From an uncultured Candidatus Saccharibacteria bacterium (GTDB taxonomy: Bacteria; Patescibacteriota; Minisyncoccia; Minisyncoccales; GWA2-38-27): DNA of 50,029 nucleotides. Shown one piece after another: positions 1-8,788 of the stretch (positions are counted from its first letter, which is position 1; each line of letters begins with the position of its first letter). The DNA is taken from positions 81,890 to 131,918 of the forward strand of contig CAZDXV010000001.1 in NCBI GenBank assembly GCA_964509645.1, given 5' to 3'. The notes under the pieces are model-generated. The model was not told the DNA's origin. It saw nothing but the letters and a program-made list of their open reading frames with translations, and did no database searches. A program made the translations under genes and the position numbers.

Positions 1-957
1 AAAAAAGTTTTAATTACAGGAGCTGCAGGATCTATAGGGGCGGAGCTTTCCCGCCAAATTGTGAAGTTTTCTCCCTCTGAACTTTCTCTTTTAGATCAGG
101 ATGAAACAGGAATATTTAATATTTCAAAAGAAATAAAAGAGATATTTCCCGATATTAAGATAAACTCTTTAGTAAGAGATGTAAGAGATAAAGAGGAGAT
201 AAGAAATGTTTTCTCCGAGCTGAAACCCGATGTTGTATTTCATGCTGCAGCTTACAAGCATGTTCCTCTAATGGAAGAGCAGCCCAAAGAGGCTGTAAAG
301 AATAATGTTTTCGGCACCAAGAATGTTGCCGAGGCCTCTTTAGAGAACAATGCGGAGAAATTTATCTTTATCTCTACAGACAAAGCAGTCAACCCTTCTT
401 CTGTTATGGGGTCTTCCAAAAGAATAGGGGAAATGATATGCCAAAATCTTAATCAGAAAAATCACACTAAGTTCATCTCTGTAAGATTCGGCAACGTTTT
501 AGACAGCAGAGGCAGCGTTATCCCTGTCTTTAAAGAGCAGATAAAAAGAGGAGGCCCGGTACAGGTTACCCATCCTGAAATGAAGAGATACTTTATGATG
601 ATACCGGAAGCTGTTCTCCTTGTTTTGCAGGCCTCTGAAATGGGAGAGGGAGGAGAAGTTTTTGTTCTTGATATGGGCAAACCCGTTAGAATATTGGATT
701 TGGCAAAAGAACTTATAAAGCTTTCAGGATTTGAACCAGACAGAGAGATTCCTATTGTTTTTACAGAACCTAGAGAAGGCGAAAAGCTTTTTGAAGAGCT
801 TTTAACAGCAGAAGAAGGAACAGAGTCCACTAAAAACCAGAGAATATTTAAAGCCAGATTAACTTCTGTTTCAGAAAACCATATTAACGATATTTTAGTG
901 AGATTGAAACAGGGAAATGAAGATATTAAGAGTTTGGTCAGAAAATATTTGTCTTAA
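1..957 (+). CDS. Polysaccharide biosynthesis protein, CapD/PglF-like NAD-dependent sugar 4,6-dehydratase (5'-partial, runs off the window start)
   Basis: The reading frame is open from nt 1 (KKVLITGAAGSIGAELSRQI) and in frame with the listed ORF at 61. It has a GxxGxxG Rossmann motif and an AAAYKHVP (YxxxK) catalytic motif, typical of CapD-type short-chain dehydratases. Confidence 0.8.
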   Translation, partial: KKVLITGAAGSIGAELSRQIVKFSPSELSLLDQDETGIFNISKEIKEIFPDIKINSLVRDVRDKEEIRNVFSELKPDVVFHAAAYKHVPLMEEQPKEAVKNNVFGTKNVAEASLENNAEKFIFISTDKAVNPSSVMGSSKRIGEMICQNLNQKNHTKFISVRFGNVLDSRGSVIPVFKEQIKRGGPVQVTHPEMKRYFMMIPEAVLLVLQASEMGEGGEVFVLDMGKPVRILDLAKELIKLSGFEPDREIPIVFTEPREGEKLFEELLTAEEGTESTKNQRIFKARLTSVSENHINDILVRLKQGNEDIKSLVRKYLS

Positions 958-998
958 ATTATTTGACCGTTGTTTAATATTTTCTTACAATAAAGTAT

Positions 999-1283
999 AT
1001 GAAGAAAGCTGAAAAAGAAATAAAGAAAATTATACATAGCTTTATTAATTCCAGTCAGTATAGAGTGTTTGTTTTTGGCTCTAGAGCAACCGGAAAAGCC
1101 AAGAGATATTCTGACTACGACATAGGAATTATAGGGAAAAAACCGCTTCCTTCTAAAATTAAAGTTTTAATTGAAGAAGCTTTAGAAGAATCAGATTTGC
1201 CCTTTAAGGTTGATATCGTTGATTTTAGCCAGCTCTCCTCCGGGTTTAAGGAAGTCGCTTTAGGAAAAACAAGAAACTTATGA
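999..1283 (+). CDS. Minimal nucleotidyltransferase (MNT, Pol-beta superfamily), antitoxin-like partner of the HEPN protein
   Basis: 94 aa with GSRATG...DYDIGI (GS-x-n-DxD NTase motif). It overlaps the next gene by 4 nt (ATGA). Confidence 0.8.
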   Translation: MKKAEKEIKKIIHSFINSSQYRVFVFGSRATGKAKRYSDYDIGIIGKKPLPSKIKVLIEEALEESDLPFKVDIVDFSQLSSGFKEVALGKTRNL

Positions 1284-1657
1284 CTAAATTAGAAAACTTA
1301 GTTAAGAATCTAAATAAGGCCAATCAAAGATTAAAAGAGGCAGTGAAAGAAAGCCCTACCAGAATGAACAAGGACGCTACCATTAAAAGATTTGAGTTTA
1401 CCTTTGAATTATCCTGGAAAGCTGTCCAAACTTATGTCAGAGAGCAGGGTTTGGACTATAAAAGTCCTAAGGGATGTTTAAGGGAGGCAGGAAGGCTGGA
1501 GTTGATTGAAGAATTGGAAAAGTGGTTTGAGTTCTTGGATAACCGTAACCTTATCAGCCATATTTATAACCAAAGAACAGCTGATAAAGTTTACAAGAAA
1601 ATTTTAAAGTTTCCTGAGGAAGTCGATAAATTGTTAAAAAAGCTGAAGGAAGCTTGA
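1280..1657 (+). CDS. HEPN-domain protein, HI0074-type 'nucleotidyltransferase substrate-binding' family
   Basis: 125 aa with an RNLISH motif (Rx4H, HEPN signature) near the C-terminus. Translationally coupled to the upstream MNT gene. Confidence 0.8.
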   Translation: MTKLENLVKNLNKANQRLKEAVKESPTRMNKDATIKRFEFTFELSWKAVQTYVREQGLDYKSPKGCLREAGRLELIEELEKWFEFLDNRNLISHIYNQRTADKVYKKILKFPEEVDKLLKKLKEA

Positions 1658-1726
1658 CAAAAGACATTTTATTTGCTAAGATACAAATGTGAGTGTGATC
1701 CTTTACGGATACTTCACGAAGTCGGC

Positions 1727-1761
1727 AAAAAACCTCATCATGCGAGGTTTTTTGCTTTTTT
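1727..1761 (+). terminator. Intrinsic terminator after the MNT-HEPN pair
   Basis: aaaaaacctc / gaggtttttt 10-bp stem with a 7-nt loop, followed by a T-run. Confidence 0.7.
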
Positions 1762-1883
1762 AATAAGAATATATTACAATATTACCAGGTCAGGAGGTAT
1801 GCACTCACAAAGACTTCTCTGTGGAGTAAACTCTCCTGGCCTTTTAATTTGATTTTTTTGTCTAAAAAAGAGAAGATTAAACA

Positions 1884-2762
1884 ATGGATATTAAAGAAAA
1901 ATTGAATGTAAAAGAAAATGTTCTGCTCTCAAAGCATACGACCTTTAAGATAGGGGGTCCTGCTCGTTATTTTTTTATTGCAGAAAACAAAGAAAATCTT
2001 AAAGAGGCAATTAAAACAGCTAAAGAATTAAATATTCCTTCTTTAATTTTAGGGCTGGGGAGCAATGTTTTAGTTTCAGACAAAGGTTTTGAGGGCTTGG
2101 TTATTAAAAATAAAGCTGATAATTTTGTTATAAATAACAATCTTTTAAGGGCAGAATCCGGAGCTCTTTTAGATAAGCTTTCAGAGGAAACCGTAAAAAG
2201 AGGATTGAAAGGACTGGAGAAAGCCAGCGGTATTCCCGGAACCGTAGGCGGGGCTGTTGCAGGAAATGCCGGATGGCCAAAAAGCGATTGGAGCATAAAA
2301 GATGTTTTTAAGGAAGGAGAGATTTTAATAGAGGGAAAAGCGGAAAAAAAAGATAAAGAATGGTTTGATTTTGGCTACAGAGAATCAAAGCTTAAGAAAA
2401 TTAAAGAGGCTGTAATTTTAGAAGTTTTTTTAGAGCTTGAAGAAGGCGTAGAAGAAGAATTAAAAGAAGAAAGAAGAGAAATATTGAAAATTAGGACAGA
2501 AAAGATTCCTCCCGGTTTTTCTGCAGGCTCTGTATTTAAAAATCCTCCGGGTAAAAGCGCCGGGTTTCTAATAGAATCGGCAGGGCTCAAGGGAAAAAGA
2601 ATGGGGGAGGCTCAGATTTCAGAAAAACATGCCAACTTTATAATTAATTTAGGGGGAGCTAAAGCAGAAGATGTTAAAGAACTTATCTCTTTGGCTAAAG
2701 AAAAAGTTAGAGAAAAATTTGGCATAGAGCTGGAAGAGGAAATTAGAATTATCGATGGATAA
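1884..2762 (+). CDS. murB: UDP-N-acetylenolpyruvoylglucosamine reductase
   Basis: 292 aa. The N-terminus HTTFKIGGPARYF plus GLGSNVLVSD, GIPGTVGGAV and AGSVFKNP are recognisable MurB FAD-binding and catalytic blocks. Confidence 0.9.
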   Translation: MDIKEKLNVKENVLLSKHTTFKIGGPARYFFIAENKENLKEAIKTAKELNIPSLILGLGSNVLVSDKGFEGLVIKNKADNFVINNNLLRAESGALLDKLSEETVKRGLKGLEKASGIPGTVGGAVAGNAGWPKSDWSIKDVFKEGEILIEGKAEKKDKEWFDFGYRESKLKKIKEAVILEVFLELEEGVEEELKEERREILKIRTEKIPPGFSAGSVFKNPPGKSAGFLIESAGLKGKRMGEAQISEKHANFIINLGGAKAEDVKELISLAKEKVREKFGIELEEEIRIIDG

Positions 2763-2792
2763 AAAGGTTTTTTATGGTAAAATAAGACTAGA

Positions 2793-3092
2793 ATGAGTAA
2801 AATTTCTTTAAGTAAAGGTATTTTTTGGGATGTAGATTACAAAGCTCTTGATTACAAAAAAGACGAGTATTTTATTGTAAAAAGAGTTTTAAATTATGGA
2901 GATGAAAAAGATTGGCGGGAAATTAAAAGAATCTACGGAATTTCAAAAATAAAAGAATTAGCTAAAGAAGTGGATTTTATCGATTGGAAAACTCTTAATT
3001 TTTGGAGCTTAATTTTAAATATTCCCATTAATTATTTTAAATGTACAAAGAAGTTTTCGAACCCAAAACAGAATATCTTCTTGAGAAGATAA
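2793..3092 (+). CDS. Small conserved hypothetical protein upstream of an AbiEii-type NTase (possible antitoxin partner)
   Basis: 99-aa ORF whose 3' end overlaps the ATG (3041) of the AbiEii-like gene. No motif recognised. Confidence 0.45.
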   Translation: MSKISLSKGIFWDVDYKALDYKKDEYFIVKRVLNYGDEKDWREIKRIYGISKIKELAKEVDFIDWKTLNFWSLILNIPINYFKCTKKFSNPKQNIFLRR

Positions 3093-3657
3093 AAGAAACC
3101 TCTGTATTTCAGGAATTTTATTTAGCCGGAGATACTGCCTTGGCTTTGCAATACGGTCACAGAAAGTCGATTGATTTATATTTTTTTCCGAAAAAATCTT
3201 TTCTGTTGAGAAAATAAAAAAGGAGCTTCTTTCTCTTGGAAAGCTAAGTATAGTTCGAGAAGAAAAGGATACTTTGAATTGTATCCTAGAAGGAGTAAGA
3301 CTTAGCTTTTTTGAGTACTCTTACAAAGTTCTCTATCCCTTTTTAGAGTTTGAAGGTTTAAAGATAGCAGATGAAAGAGATATAGCTTGTATGAAGCTGA
3401 GTGCTATTTCTTCACGGGGTAGCAGAAAGGACTTTATTGATATTTATTTTATTCTTAAAAAATATTCATTAAAGGAACTATTTGGTTTTTTTGAAGAAAA
3501 ATACGAAGGAATAAAATATAATAAAATACATCTTTTAAGAAGCTTAACTTTTTTTAAAGAGGCAGACAAAGAAGCGCCTCCCTTGATGCTTAAAGAAACT
3601 GACTGGGAGAAAGTAAAAAAAGAAATTGAAGAAAAAACCCAGAATTTTCTAAGGTAG
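3041..3657 (+). pseudogene. AbiEii/AbiGii-family nucleotidyltransferase toxin, interrupted by a frameshift in a T7 run
   Basis: The frame starting at ATG 3041 (MYKEVFEPKTEYLLEKIKETSVFQEFYLAGDTALALQYGHRKSIDLYFF) stops at 3215-3217. The reading continues sensibly in the -1 frame from about 3187 (SEKIFSVEKIKKELLSLGKLSIVREEKDTLNCILEGVRLSFFEY...) into the listed ORF 3274..3657. The switch point is the homopolymer ttttttt at 3181-3187. Confidence 0.65.
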
Positions 3658-3878
3658 CGTTATTAACAATTGACAAAAAGGGCAGGTATAGGAAAATTAA
3701 ATAAGGCTTTTGTTAATAGCTCGGTCAACTATTGCAAGAGTTATTTTCAATGCTCTTTTTAGAAGAGCTACTCAAATGGCCAAGAAGAAGGCAAAAAAGA
3801 AAAAATAGTTTTGAATTAAAACAGCTCCGCTTGAAAGCGGAGTTGTTTCTTTGATGATTTTTTGGTAAAATAAAACCT

Positions 3879-4298
3879 ATGAGAATACATATACAAACAA
3901 AAAATATAGAACTTTCAGAGGATATTGCAGAATACATAAAAGAAAAGATAGGAGAGCTTGATAAATTCATATCCTATCCCGAAGACGGAAAGAAAGAAGG
4001 AGGAAGATCTCCCGTTGAAGCATGGGTTGAAGTAGGAAGAACTACTTTTCACCACAGAAAGGGAGATGTTTACAGGGCAGAAGTTCAATTGAGCATTGGA
4101 GGAAAAAGCTTAAGAGCGGAATCTGAATCTGAAGACTTAAAAACTTCCATTACAGATGTTAAAGACGAACTCCAAAGAGAAGTAAAAAAGTTTAAAGGAA
4201 AGAAAGATACCATTGAAAGAAGAAGCAAGAGGATTATAAAGAAGTTAAGGAATATATCTCCTCTAGCCAGATTTAGAAAAAAAGACAAATTAGAGTAA
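3879..4298 (+). CDS. hpf: Ribosome hibernation promoting factor / RaiA (S30AE family)
   Basis: MRIHIQTKNIELSEDIAEYIKEKIGELDKF is the typical S30AE N-terminus. Located immediately upstream of secA, a common arrangement. Confidence 0.8.
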   Translation: MRIHIQTKNIELSEDIAEYIKEKIGELDKFISYPEDGKKEGGRSPVEAWVEVGRTTFHHRKGDVYRAEVQLSIGGKSLRAESESEDLKTSITDVKDELQREVKKFKGKKDTIERRSKRIIKKLRNISPLARFRKKDKLE

Positions 4299-4377
4299 TA
4301 AAAATGCCCCGATTGGGGCATTTTAGTTTTATTTTTGTATTTGAAAATTATTAAAAAAGAAGCTAAAATTAGGGATT

Positions 4378-6801
4378 ATGTCTTTATTTAAAAAGGTATT
4401 TGGAGATCCCAACCAGAAGTACTTAAAGAAAATACAGCCCTTAGTCGATAAGATCAATTCTTTAGAAGAAGAGGTTGAAAAGTTTTCTAATAAGGACTTT
4501 CAGGGAAAAACAGAAAAATTCAAAGGAAGAGTTAAAGAAGGGGAGTCTTTAGATAGTATTCTCCCGGAGGCTTTTGCTTTGGTAAGGGAGGCCTCTAAAA
4601 GAACTTTAGGCCAGAGGCATTACGACGTCCAGCTTATAGGAGGCATTGTTTTGCATCAAGGGAAAATAGCTGAAATGAAGACAGGGGAAGGAAAAACCTT
4701 GGCTGCCACCCTTTCTGTTTATTTAAATGCTTTAGAGGGAAAAGGAGCTCATGTGGTAACAGTAAATGATTATCTAGCCAAAAGAGATGCTGTTTGGATG
4801 GGACAGATATATAGTTTGCTTGGCCTGTCTGTGGGGTGTATTGCCCATGACGCAAGTTTTTTGTATGATCCTGAATTTAAATCAGAAGAAGAAGATGAAG
4901 AAAGAGACGAATTGGGGGGCTTTAAGGTAGTGGAGGACTATTTAAGGCCCGTTTCCAGAAAGGAAGCTTATTCTGCCGATATTACCTACGGAACAAACAA
5001 TGAACTAGGTTTTGACTATCTGAGAGACAACATGGCTTACTCCAAAAAAAAGCAGTCCCAGAGAGGCTTCCATTACGCCATTATTGACGAAATAGATTCT
5101 ATCTTAATAGACGAGGCCAGAACCCCTTTAATAATTTCAGGAGCTTCAGAAGAATCTACAGAAAAATACAAAGAGTTTGCTCAGATAGCTTCCCGTTTGG
5201 AACCGGAAAAGGACTATACTTTAGATGAGCAGACAAAATCTGTAGCTATTACAGAAGAGGGGCAGAATAAAATAGTCAGCATGCTTGGATCTGATCCCTG
5301 GGGGGAGAACGATATTACCACCACTCATCAGCTTGAAGCTGCTTTAAAAGCTAAAACCTATTTTATCAGAGATCAGAATTATGTGGTAAAAGAAGGAAAA
5401 ATTATAATAGTAGACGAATTTACAGGACGCTTAATGCCGGGCAGAAGATGGTCCGGAGGCATTCATCAGGCGGTTGAAGCCAAGGAGGGTTTAGAAGTTC
5501 AGAAAGAATCTCAAACTTACGCCACGATTACTTTTCAGAATTTTTTTAGAATGTATGATAAGCTCTCGGGTATGACGGGGACAGCTAAAACTTCCTCGGA
5601 AGAGTTTGATACAGTTTACAACCTTGAAGTAATAATAGTTCCGACCAATAAACTTTTAATAAGGAAGAGTTTGTCAGATAAGATATATAAAAATCTAGAG
5701 GTTAAGTTTAAAGCTACAGTGGAGGAGATAAAAAAAAGAAATGAAAAGGGGCAACCTCTTTTGGTGGGGACTGTCTCTATTGAAAACAACGAATATTTAG
5801 GAAAGCTTTTAGATAGAGAAGGAATCCCTCACCATATTTTAAACGCTAAAAACCACGAAAAAGAAGGAGAGATAATAGCTCAAGCAGGAAAGAAAGGAGC
5901 GGTTACAATAGCTACTAATATGGCAGGAAGAGGAGTTGATATTATTTTAGGAGGAAATCCTCCCGATCCAGAAGAACAGAAAGAAGTGAAAGACTTAGGA
6001 GGGCTCCACGTTATAGGAACAGAGAGGCATGAGGCCAGAAGAATAGATAATCAGCTTAGGGGAAGGGCTGGAAGACAGGGAGATCCCGGATCTTCCCAAT
6101 TCTTTGTTTCTTTAGAGGACGACTTAATGAGAGTATTTGGAGGAGACAGAATAAAATCTATTTTAGAAACCTTAAGGGTTCCAGAAGAAGAACCCATAGA
6201 AGCTAAAATGATTTCCCGGGCTATAGAGTCAGCTCAAGCCAAAGTTGAAGGTTTAAACTTTGACGCTAGAAAGCATGTTTTAGAATATGACAATGTGATG
6301 AACAAGCATAGAGAGGTTTTTTATAAAAAGAGACAAGAAGTTTTAAAAAAATCCGAAAGGGGAGAGTTAAAAGAAGATATAATTGAGATTATAGAGAGGT
6401 CAGGATTTAAAAAAGAAGATTACGAGAAAAGAGAAAAAGAAGTAGGGGAAGAGAATATGAGAAAAATAGAAAAGTTTGTTTATCTTAAAGTTTTAGATAC
6501 CCTATGGATAGAGCATTTAGAGAACATGGATCAGGTAAGAGACTCTGTAAGATTAAGAGCCTACGGGCAGCAGGATCCTTTAGTAGAGTATAAGAAAGAA
6601 GGGCATAGGATGTTTAGGAGCTTTTTAGAGGCGGTGGAAACTACCATAGCCCACAATATTCTAAAAGCAGAGCTTCAAAGACAAAATTCCCAGCCCCAAA
6701 GAAAAGAAGTGGGGAAAAGGAAGAAAGTTGGAAGGAACGAACCTTGTCCTTGCGGTTCTGGCAAGAAGTATAAAAAATGTTGTTGGCCTAAATATAATTA
6801 A
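4378..6801 (+). CDS. secA: Preprotein translocase ATPase SecA
   Basis: 807 aa with MKTGEGKTL (Walker A), DEIDSILIDEARTPLIIS, TNMAGRGVDI and the C-terminal zinc finger CPCGSGKKYKKCC. Confidence 0.97.
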   Translation: MSLFKKVFGDPNQKYLKKIQPLVDKINSLEEEVEKFSNKDFQGKTEKFKGRVKEGESLDSILPEAFALVREASKRTLGQRHYDVQLIGGIVLHQGKIAEMKTGEGKTLAATLSVYLNALEGKGAHVVTVNDYLAKRDAVWMGQIYSLLGLSVGCIAHDASFLYDPEFKSEEEDEERDELGGFKVVEDYLRPVSRKEAYSADITYGTNNELGFDYLRDNMAYSKKKQSQRGFHYAIIDEIDSILIDEARTPLIISGASEESTEKYKEFAQIASRLEPEKDYTLDEQTKSVAITEEGQNKIVSMLGSDPWGENDITTTHQLEAALKAKTYFIRDQNYVVKEGKIIIVDEFTGRLMPGRRWSGGIHQAVEAKEGLEVQKESQTYATITFQNFFRMYDKLSGMTGTAKTSSEEFDTVYNLEVIIVPTNKLLIRKSLSDKIYKNLEVKFKATVEEIKKRNEKGQPLLVGTVSIENNEYLGKLLDREGIPHHILNAKNHEKEGEIIAQAGKKGAVTIATNMAGRGVDIILGGNPPDPEEQKEVKDLGGLHVIGTERHEARRIDNQLRGRAGRQGDPGSSQFFVSLEDDLMRVFGGDRIKSILETLRVPEEEPIEAKMISRAIESAQAKVEGLNFDARKHVLEYDNVMNKHREVFYKKRQEVLKKSERGELKEDIIEIIERSGFKKEDYEKREKEVGEENMRKIEKFVYLKVLDTLWIEHLENMDQVRDSVRLRAYGQQDPLVEYKKEGHRMFRSFLEAVETTIAHNILKAELQRQNSQPQRKEVGKRKKVGRNEPCPCGSGKKYKKCCWPKYN

Positions 6802-6933
6802 AAGAATCCCCAAGCGTGTTAGCTCGGGGCTTTATTCGGCAGAAACCCTTGCCCCAAAGGACAATCACATTATCGCTATATCATATATAATTATTATTTT
6901 GTCAAGAAAAAGGATAATATGTGTGCATAAGTA

Positions 6934-6962
6934 TTGACTTATTCCTTTACTTCTGATACTAT
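6934..6962 (+). promoter_or_regulatory. Sigma-70-type promoter for the cold-shock gene
   Basis: TTGACT (6934-6939), a 17-nt spacer, then TACTAT (6957-6962). This leaves a 5' UTR of about 60 nt before ATG 7028. Confidence 0.5.
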
Positions 6963-7027
6963 TGTATTTGTTGTCGGGAGATGAAGTCGGATTTCTTTAG
7001 ACTAAATTAAAACTAAAATTAAATCTC

Positions 7028-7225
7028 ATGAAAGGCACAATTAAAAAGCTTACTGACAGAGGATTCGGATTTATTTCTCCGGAAGGAGAAGAAAAGGACT
7101 TGTTCTTTCATTCAAACGATCTTAAAGGTATTACCTTTGAAGAGTTAAATGAAGGAGACGAAGTTGAATTCGAAATGGGAGAATCAGATAAAGGCCCAAA
7201 AGCCACTGATGTAGCTCGCTCCTAA
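7028..7225 (+). CDS. Cold-shock protein (CspA family, S1-like OB fold)
   Basis: 65 aa. GTIKKLTDRGFGFISPEGEEKDLFFH contains the RNP-1-like GFGFI motif and the DLFFH motif. Confidence 0.9.
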   Translation: MKGTIKKLTDRGFGFISPEGEEKDLFFHSNDLKGITFEELNEGDEVEFEMGESDKGPKATDVARS

Positions 7226-7235
7226 CTGTTATTCA

Positions 7236-7273
7236 AACAAAAAACTCTTTGGAAACAAAGGGTTTTTTGTTTG
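7236..7273 (+). terminator. Intrinsic terminator after csp
   Basis: Hairpin aaaaaactctttg-gaaa-caaagggtttttt followed by Ts. Confidence 0.7.
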
Positions 7274-7299
7274 ACAAAAAATAATTATGAGAGTATAAT
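7271..7299 (+). promoter_or_regulatory. Consensus sigma-70 promoter
   Basis: TTGACA (7271-7276), a 17-nt spacer, then TATAAT (7294-7299), about 40 nt upstream of ATG 7340. Confidence 0.6.
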
Positions 7300-7339
7300 A
7301 GAAGCAAGCTGAACATTAAACCCTAATAAGGAGAAAAAG

Positions 7340-7567
7340 ATGATCGACGGGAGAATAGCTGAAGAAGGGGAGATTATTACCGTAGATACAAAAAAAGGAG
7401 AGGTCTTTATTACCACTCGAGACGGGCACCACAAAGCCCGCGCTCCCGAAGTAGGCGTTAACAATGTTGTTACCGCCTGCAACCACAAGGAGCCCCATTT
7501 GGGCATCTTTGCTGTTAAAACGCCCAAAGGGCTGACGGGTCAGTCCTTCCGAGCAGCTTGTCGTTAA
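7340..7567 (+). CDS. Hypothetical 75-aa protein with a GC-rich 3' two-thirds
   Basis: Strong SD (taaggag) 6 nt before the ATG, with its own consensus promoter and terminator. No family recognised. A spot count of 7421-7480 gives about 60% GC, with C-rich third codon positions unlike the neighbouring genes. Confidence 0.5.
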   Translation: MIDGRIAEEGEIITVDTKKGEVFITTRDGHHKARAPEVGVNNVVTACNHKEPHLGIFAVKTPKGLTGQSFRAACR

Positions 7568-7578
7568 GTTTATAGGGT

Positions 7579-7607
7579 CTAAGAGACAATCTCTTAGGCC
7601 TTTTTTT
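7579..7607 (+). terminator. Intrinsic terminator
   Basis: ctaagag-acaat-ctcttag hairpin followed by gcc and T7. Confidence 0.7.
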
Positions 7608-7629
7608 ATTCTTTGTTATAATAAAGAAT

Positions 7630-8109
7630 ATGAAGATAGGGATAATATCAGACACTCATGACAACTTGCCTAATTTTAAAAAGGCAGTTTCTTGGTTTAA
7701 AAAAAACAATATTCCTTTAATCATTCACTGCGGAGACATAACAAACCCCAATACTCTCAAAGAATCCTTAAAGAGCTTTTCGGGAAAGCTTAAAGGCGTT
7801 TTAGGAAATGCGGACAATGTTTATCAGTTTAAATTAGAAGATTACCAAACTTCCAAAACAGAGGTTTTTGAGAAGATAGGGGAGACGGGAAAAATAGCTT
7901 TTACCCATTATCCTTGGGAAGCTAAAAAGCTGGCTAAAACAGAAAAATATCAGGCAGTTTTTTTTGGGCATAGCCACAAGCCTTCTCAAAAAAAGGTTGG
8001 TAATTGTCTTTTAGTAAATCCCGGAAACATAGCCGGGATAATATTCAGGCCTTCTTTTGCGATTTTTAATACAGACAATAACAATTTAGAGCTTAAACTA
8101 ATACAATGA
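7630..8109 (+). CDS. YfcE/MJ0936-family metallophosphoesterase
   Basis: MKIGIISDTHDN, IHCGDI, GNAD and FGHSHKP are the calcineurin-like phosphoesterase metal-binding blocks. Confidence 0.85.
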   Translation: MKIGIISDTHDNLPNFKKAVSWFKKNNIPLIIHCGDITNPNTLKESLKSFSGKLKGVLGNADNVYQFKLEDYQTSKTEVFEKIGETGKIAFTHYPWEAKKLAKTEKYQAVFFGHSHKPSQKKVGNCLLVNPGNIAGIIFRPSFAIFNTDNNNLELKLIQ

Positions 8110-8747
8110 TATTTTTTCCCGTAGGCTGTTTAGTACTATTTCTTTTTATTCTTTTTTTGCCTCTTCTTTTGGCTTTGGGCTATTTTCAAGTTATTACTAT
8201 AGGTTTTGAAAACTTAGGATTTTCTCCTGAAATGACAATGGCTGTTTTTCTTTTAATGATAATAGCTTCGGCAATTAATATTCCTTTGACTAAAAAGAAA
8301 CTGGTTTATGAAAATAGATCTTTTTGGGGTCTTTTCAAATCTCCAAAAGTAAGGGTGTCTGGGATTGGAGTAAATATAGGAGGAGCTGTAATACCCCTTT
8401 TAATATCTCTTTATTTCCTTTTTAAAATTCCTTTGCTTCCCGCTTTTATGGGCATTCTTTCAATGACTCTTATTTGTAAATTCTTATCCAAAGTAATTCC
8501 CGAAAGGGGAATAGCTCTTCCTGCCTTAATCCCTCCTTTGTTTGCAGCTTTCATAGCTTTTGCTGTAGCTCCTAATTATATGGCGCCTACAGCTTTTGTT
8601 TCAGGAGTTTTGGGATCTTTGATAGGAGCTGATCTTTTGAATCTGAGGAAAGCTAGAAGAATGACTGAGGGTTTTATTTCTATCGGAGGAGCTGGCGTTT
8701 TTGACGGAATCTTCCTGACGGGGATAATATCTGCTTTGTTAGCTTAA
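8106..8747 (+). CDS. Polytopic membrane protein, DUF1614-like
   Basis: 213 aa, multi-TM, with the block GVNIGGAVIPLLISLYF. The DUF1614 assignment is from memory of the family. Overlaps the upstream gene by 4 nt. Confidence 0.5.
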   Translation: MIFFPVGCLVLFLFILFLPLLLALGYFQVITIGFENLGFSPEMTMAVFLLMIIASAINIPLTKKKLVYENRSFWGLFKSPKVRVSGIGVNIGGAVIPLLISLYFLFKIPLLPAFMGILSMTLICKFLSKVIPERGIALPALIPPLFAAFIAFAVAPNYMAPTAFVSGVLGSLIGADLLNLRKARRMTEGFISIGGAGVFDGIFLTGIISALLA

Positions 8748-8754
8748 AAAAAAG

Positions 8755-8784
8755 AGGCCGGTATGTGTTTTTGCATACCGGCCT
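8755..8784. terminator. Bidirectional terminator hairpin between convergent genes
   Basis: aggccggtatg / cataccggcct 11-bp perfect stem, with an A-run upstream and Ts downstream. Confidence 0.7.
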
Positions 8785-8788
8785 TTGG

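Noticed and set aside
462-830. Antisense or overlapping track ORFs inside well-supported genes. Examples: 462..830-, 1967..2296-, 2375..2590-, 4085..4321-, 4634..4855-, 9608..9874-, 10498..10821-, 13534..13833-, 14213..14539-, 15098..15304-, 15595..16045-, 16265..16858-, 17836..18039-, 20025..20420-, 20064..20306+, 24754..25011-, 27861..28271+, 29949..30256, 31351..31554-, 32706..32966+, 35096..35383-, 36454..36639-, 39501..39713-, 44769..45300-, 47443..47655-, 48536..48733-, 49689..49946-.
   Set aside because: Each lies fully within a gene with clear family motifs on the other strand or frame. Their translations are low-complexity (Ser/Leu/Phe/Lys-rich) mirror images with no motifs or SD sequences.
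1786-1850. The hairpin ggtcaggag...ctcctggcc begins CCAGGUCAGG like SRP (4.5S) RNA domain IV.
   Set aside because: The conserved GGAA/AGCA symmetric-loop and GNRA-tetraloop elements of SRP RNA are absent, and the hairpin is only about 60 nt. It is more likely a murB 5' UTR structure. There is also an 8-nt complementarity between 1688-1695 and 1802-1809, but I could not build a convincing known RNA from it.
3775-3852. Mini-ORF MAKKKAKKKK followed by a good terminator (ctccgct-tgaa-agcggag) between the AbiEii pseudogene and hpf.
   Set aside because: It is only 10 codons of A-rich sequence with no SD. The nearby TTGACA (3670) lacks a matching -10. Evidence is insufficient for either a peptide or an sRNA.
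6728-6937. 69-aa ORF overlapping the secA 3' end and the downstream intergenic region.
   Set aside because: It starts inside secA in another frame, runs through the secA terminator-like hairpin (ccccaagc...gctcgggg) and reaches the start of the csp promoter -35 box. It has no SD.
7285-7527. Two minus-strand ORFs opposite the 7340..7567 gene.
   Set aside because: This is the same GC-shadow effect. The plus-strand ORF has the promoter, SD and terminator.
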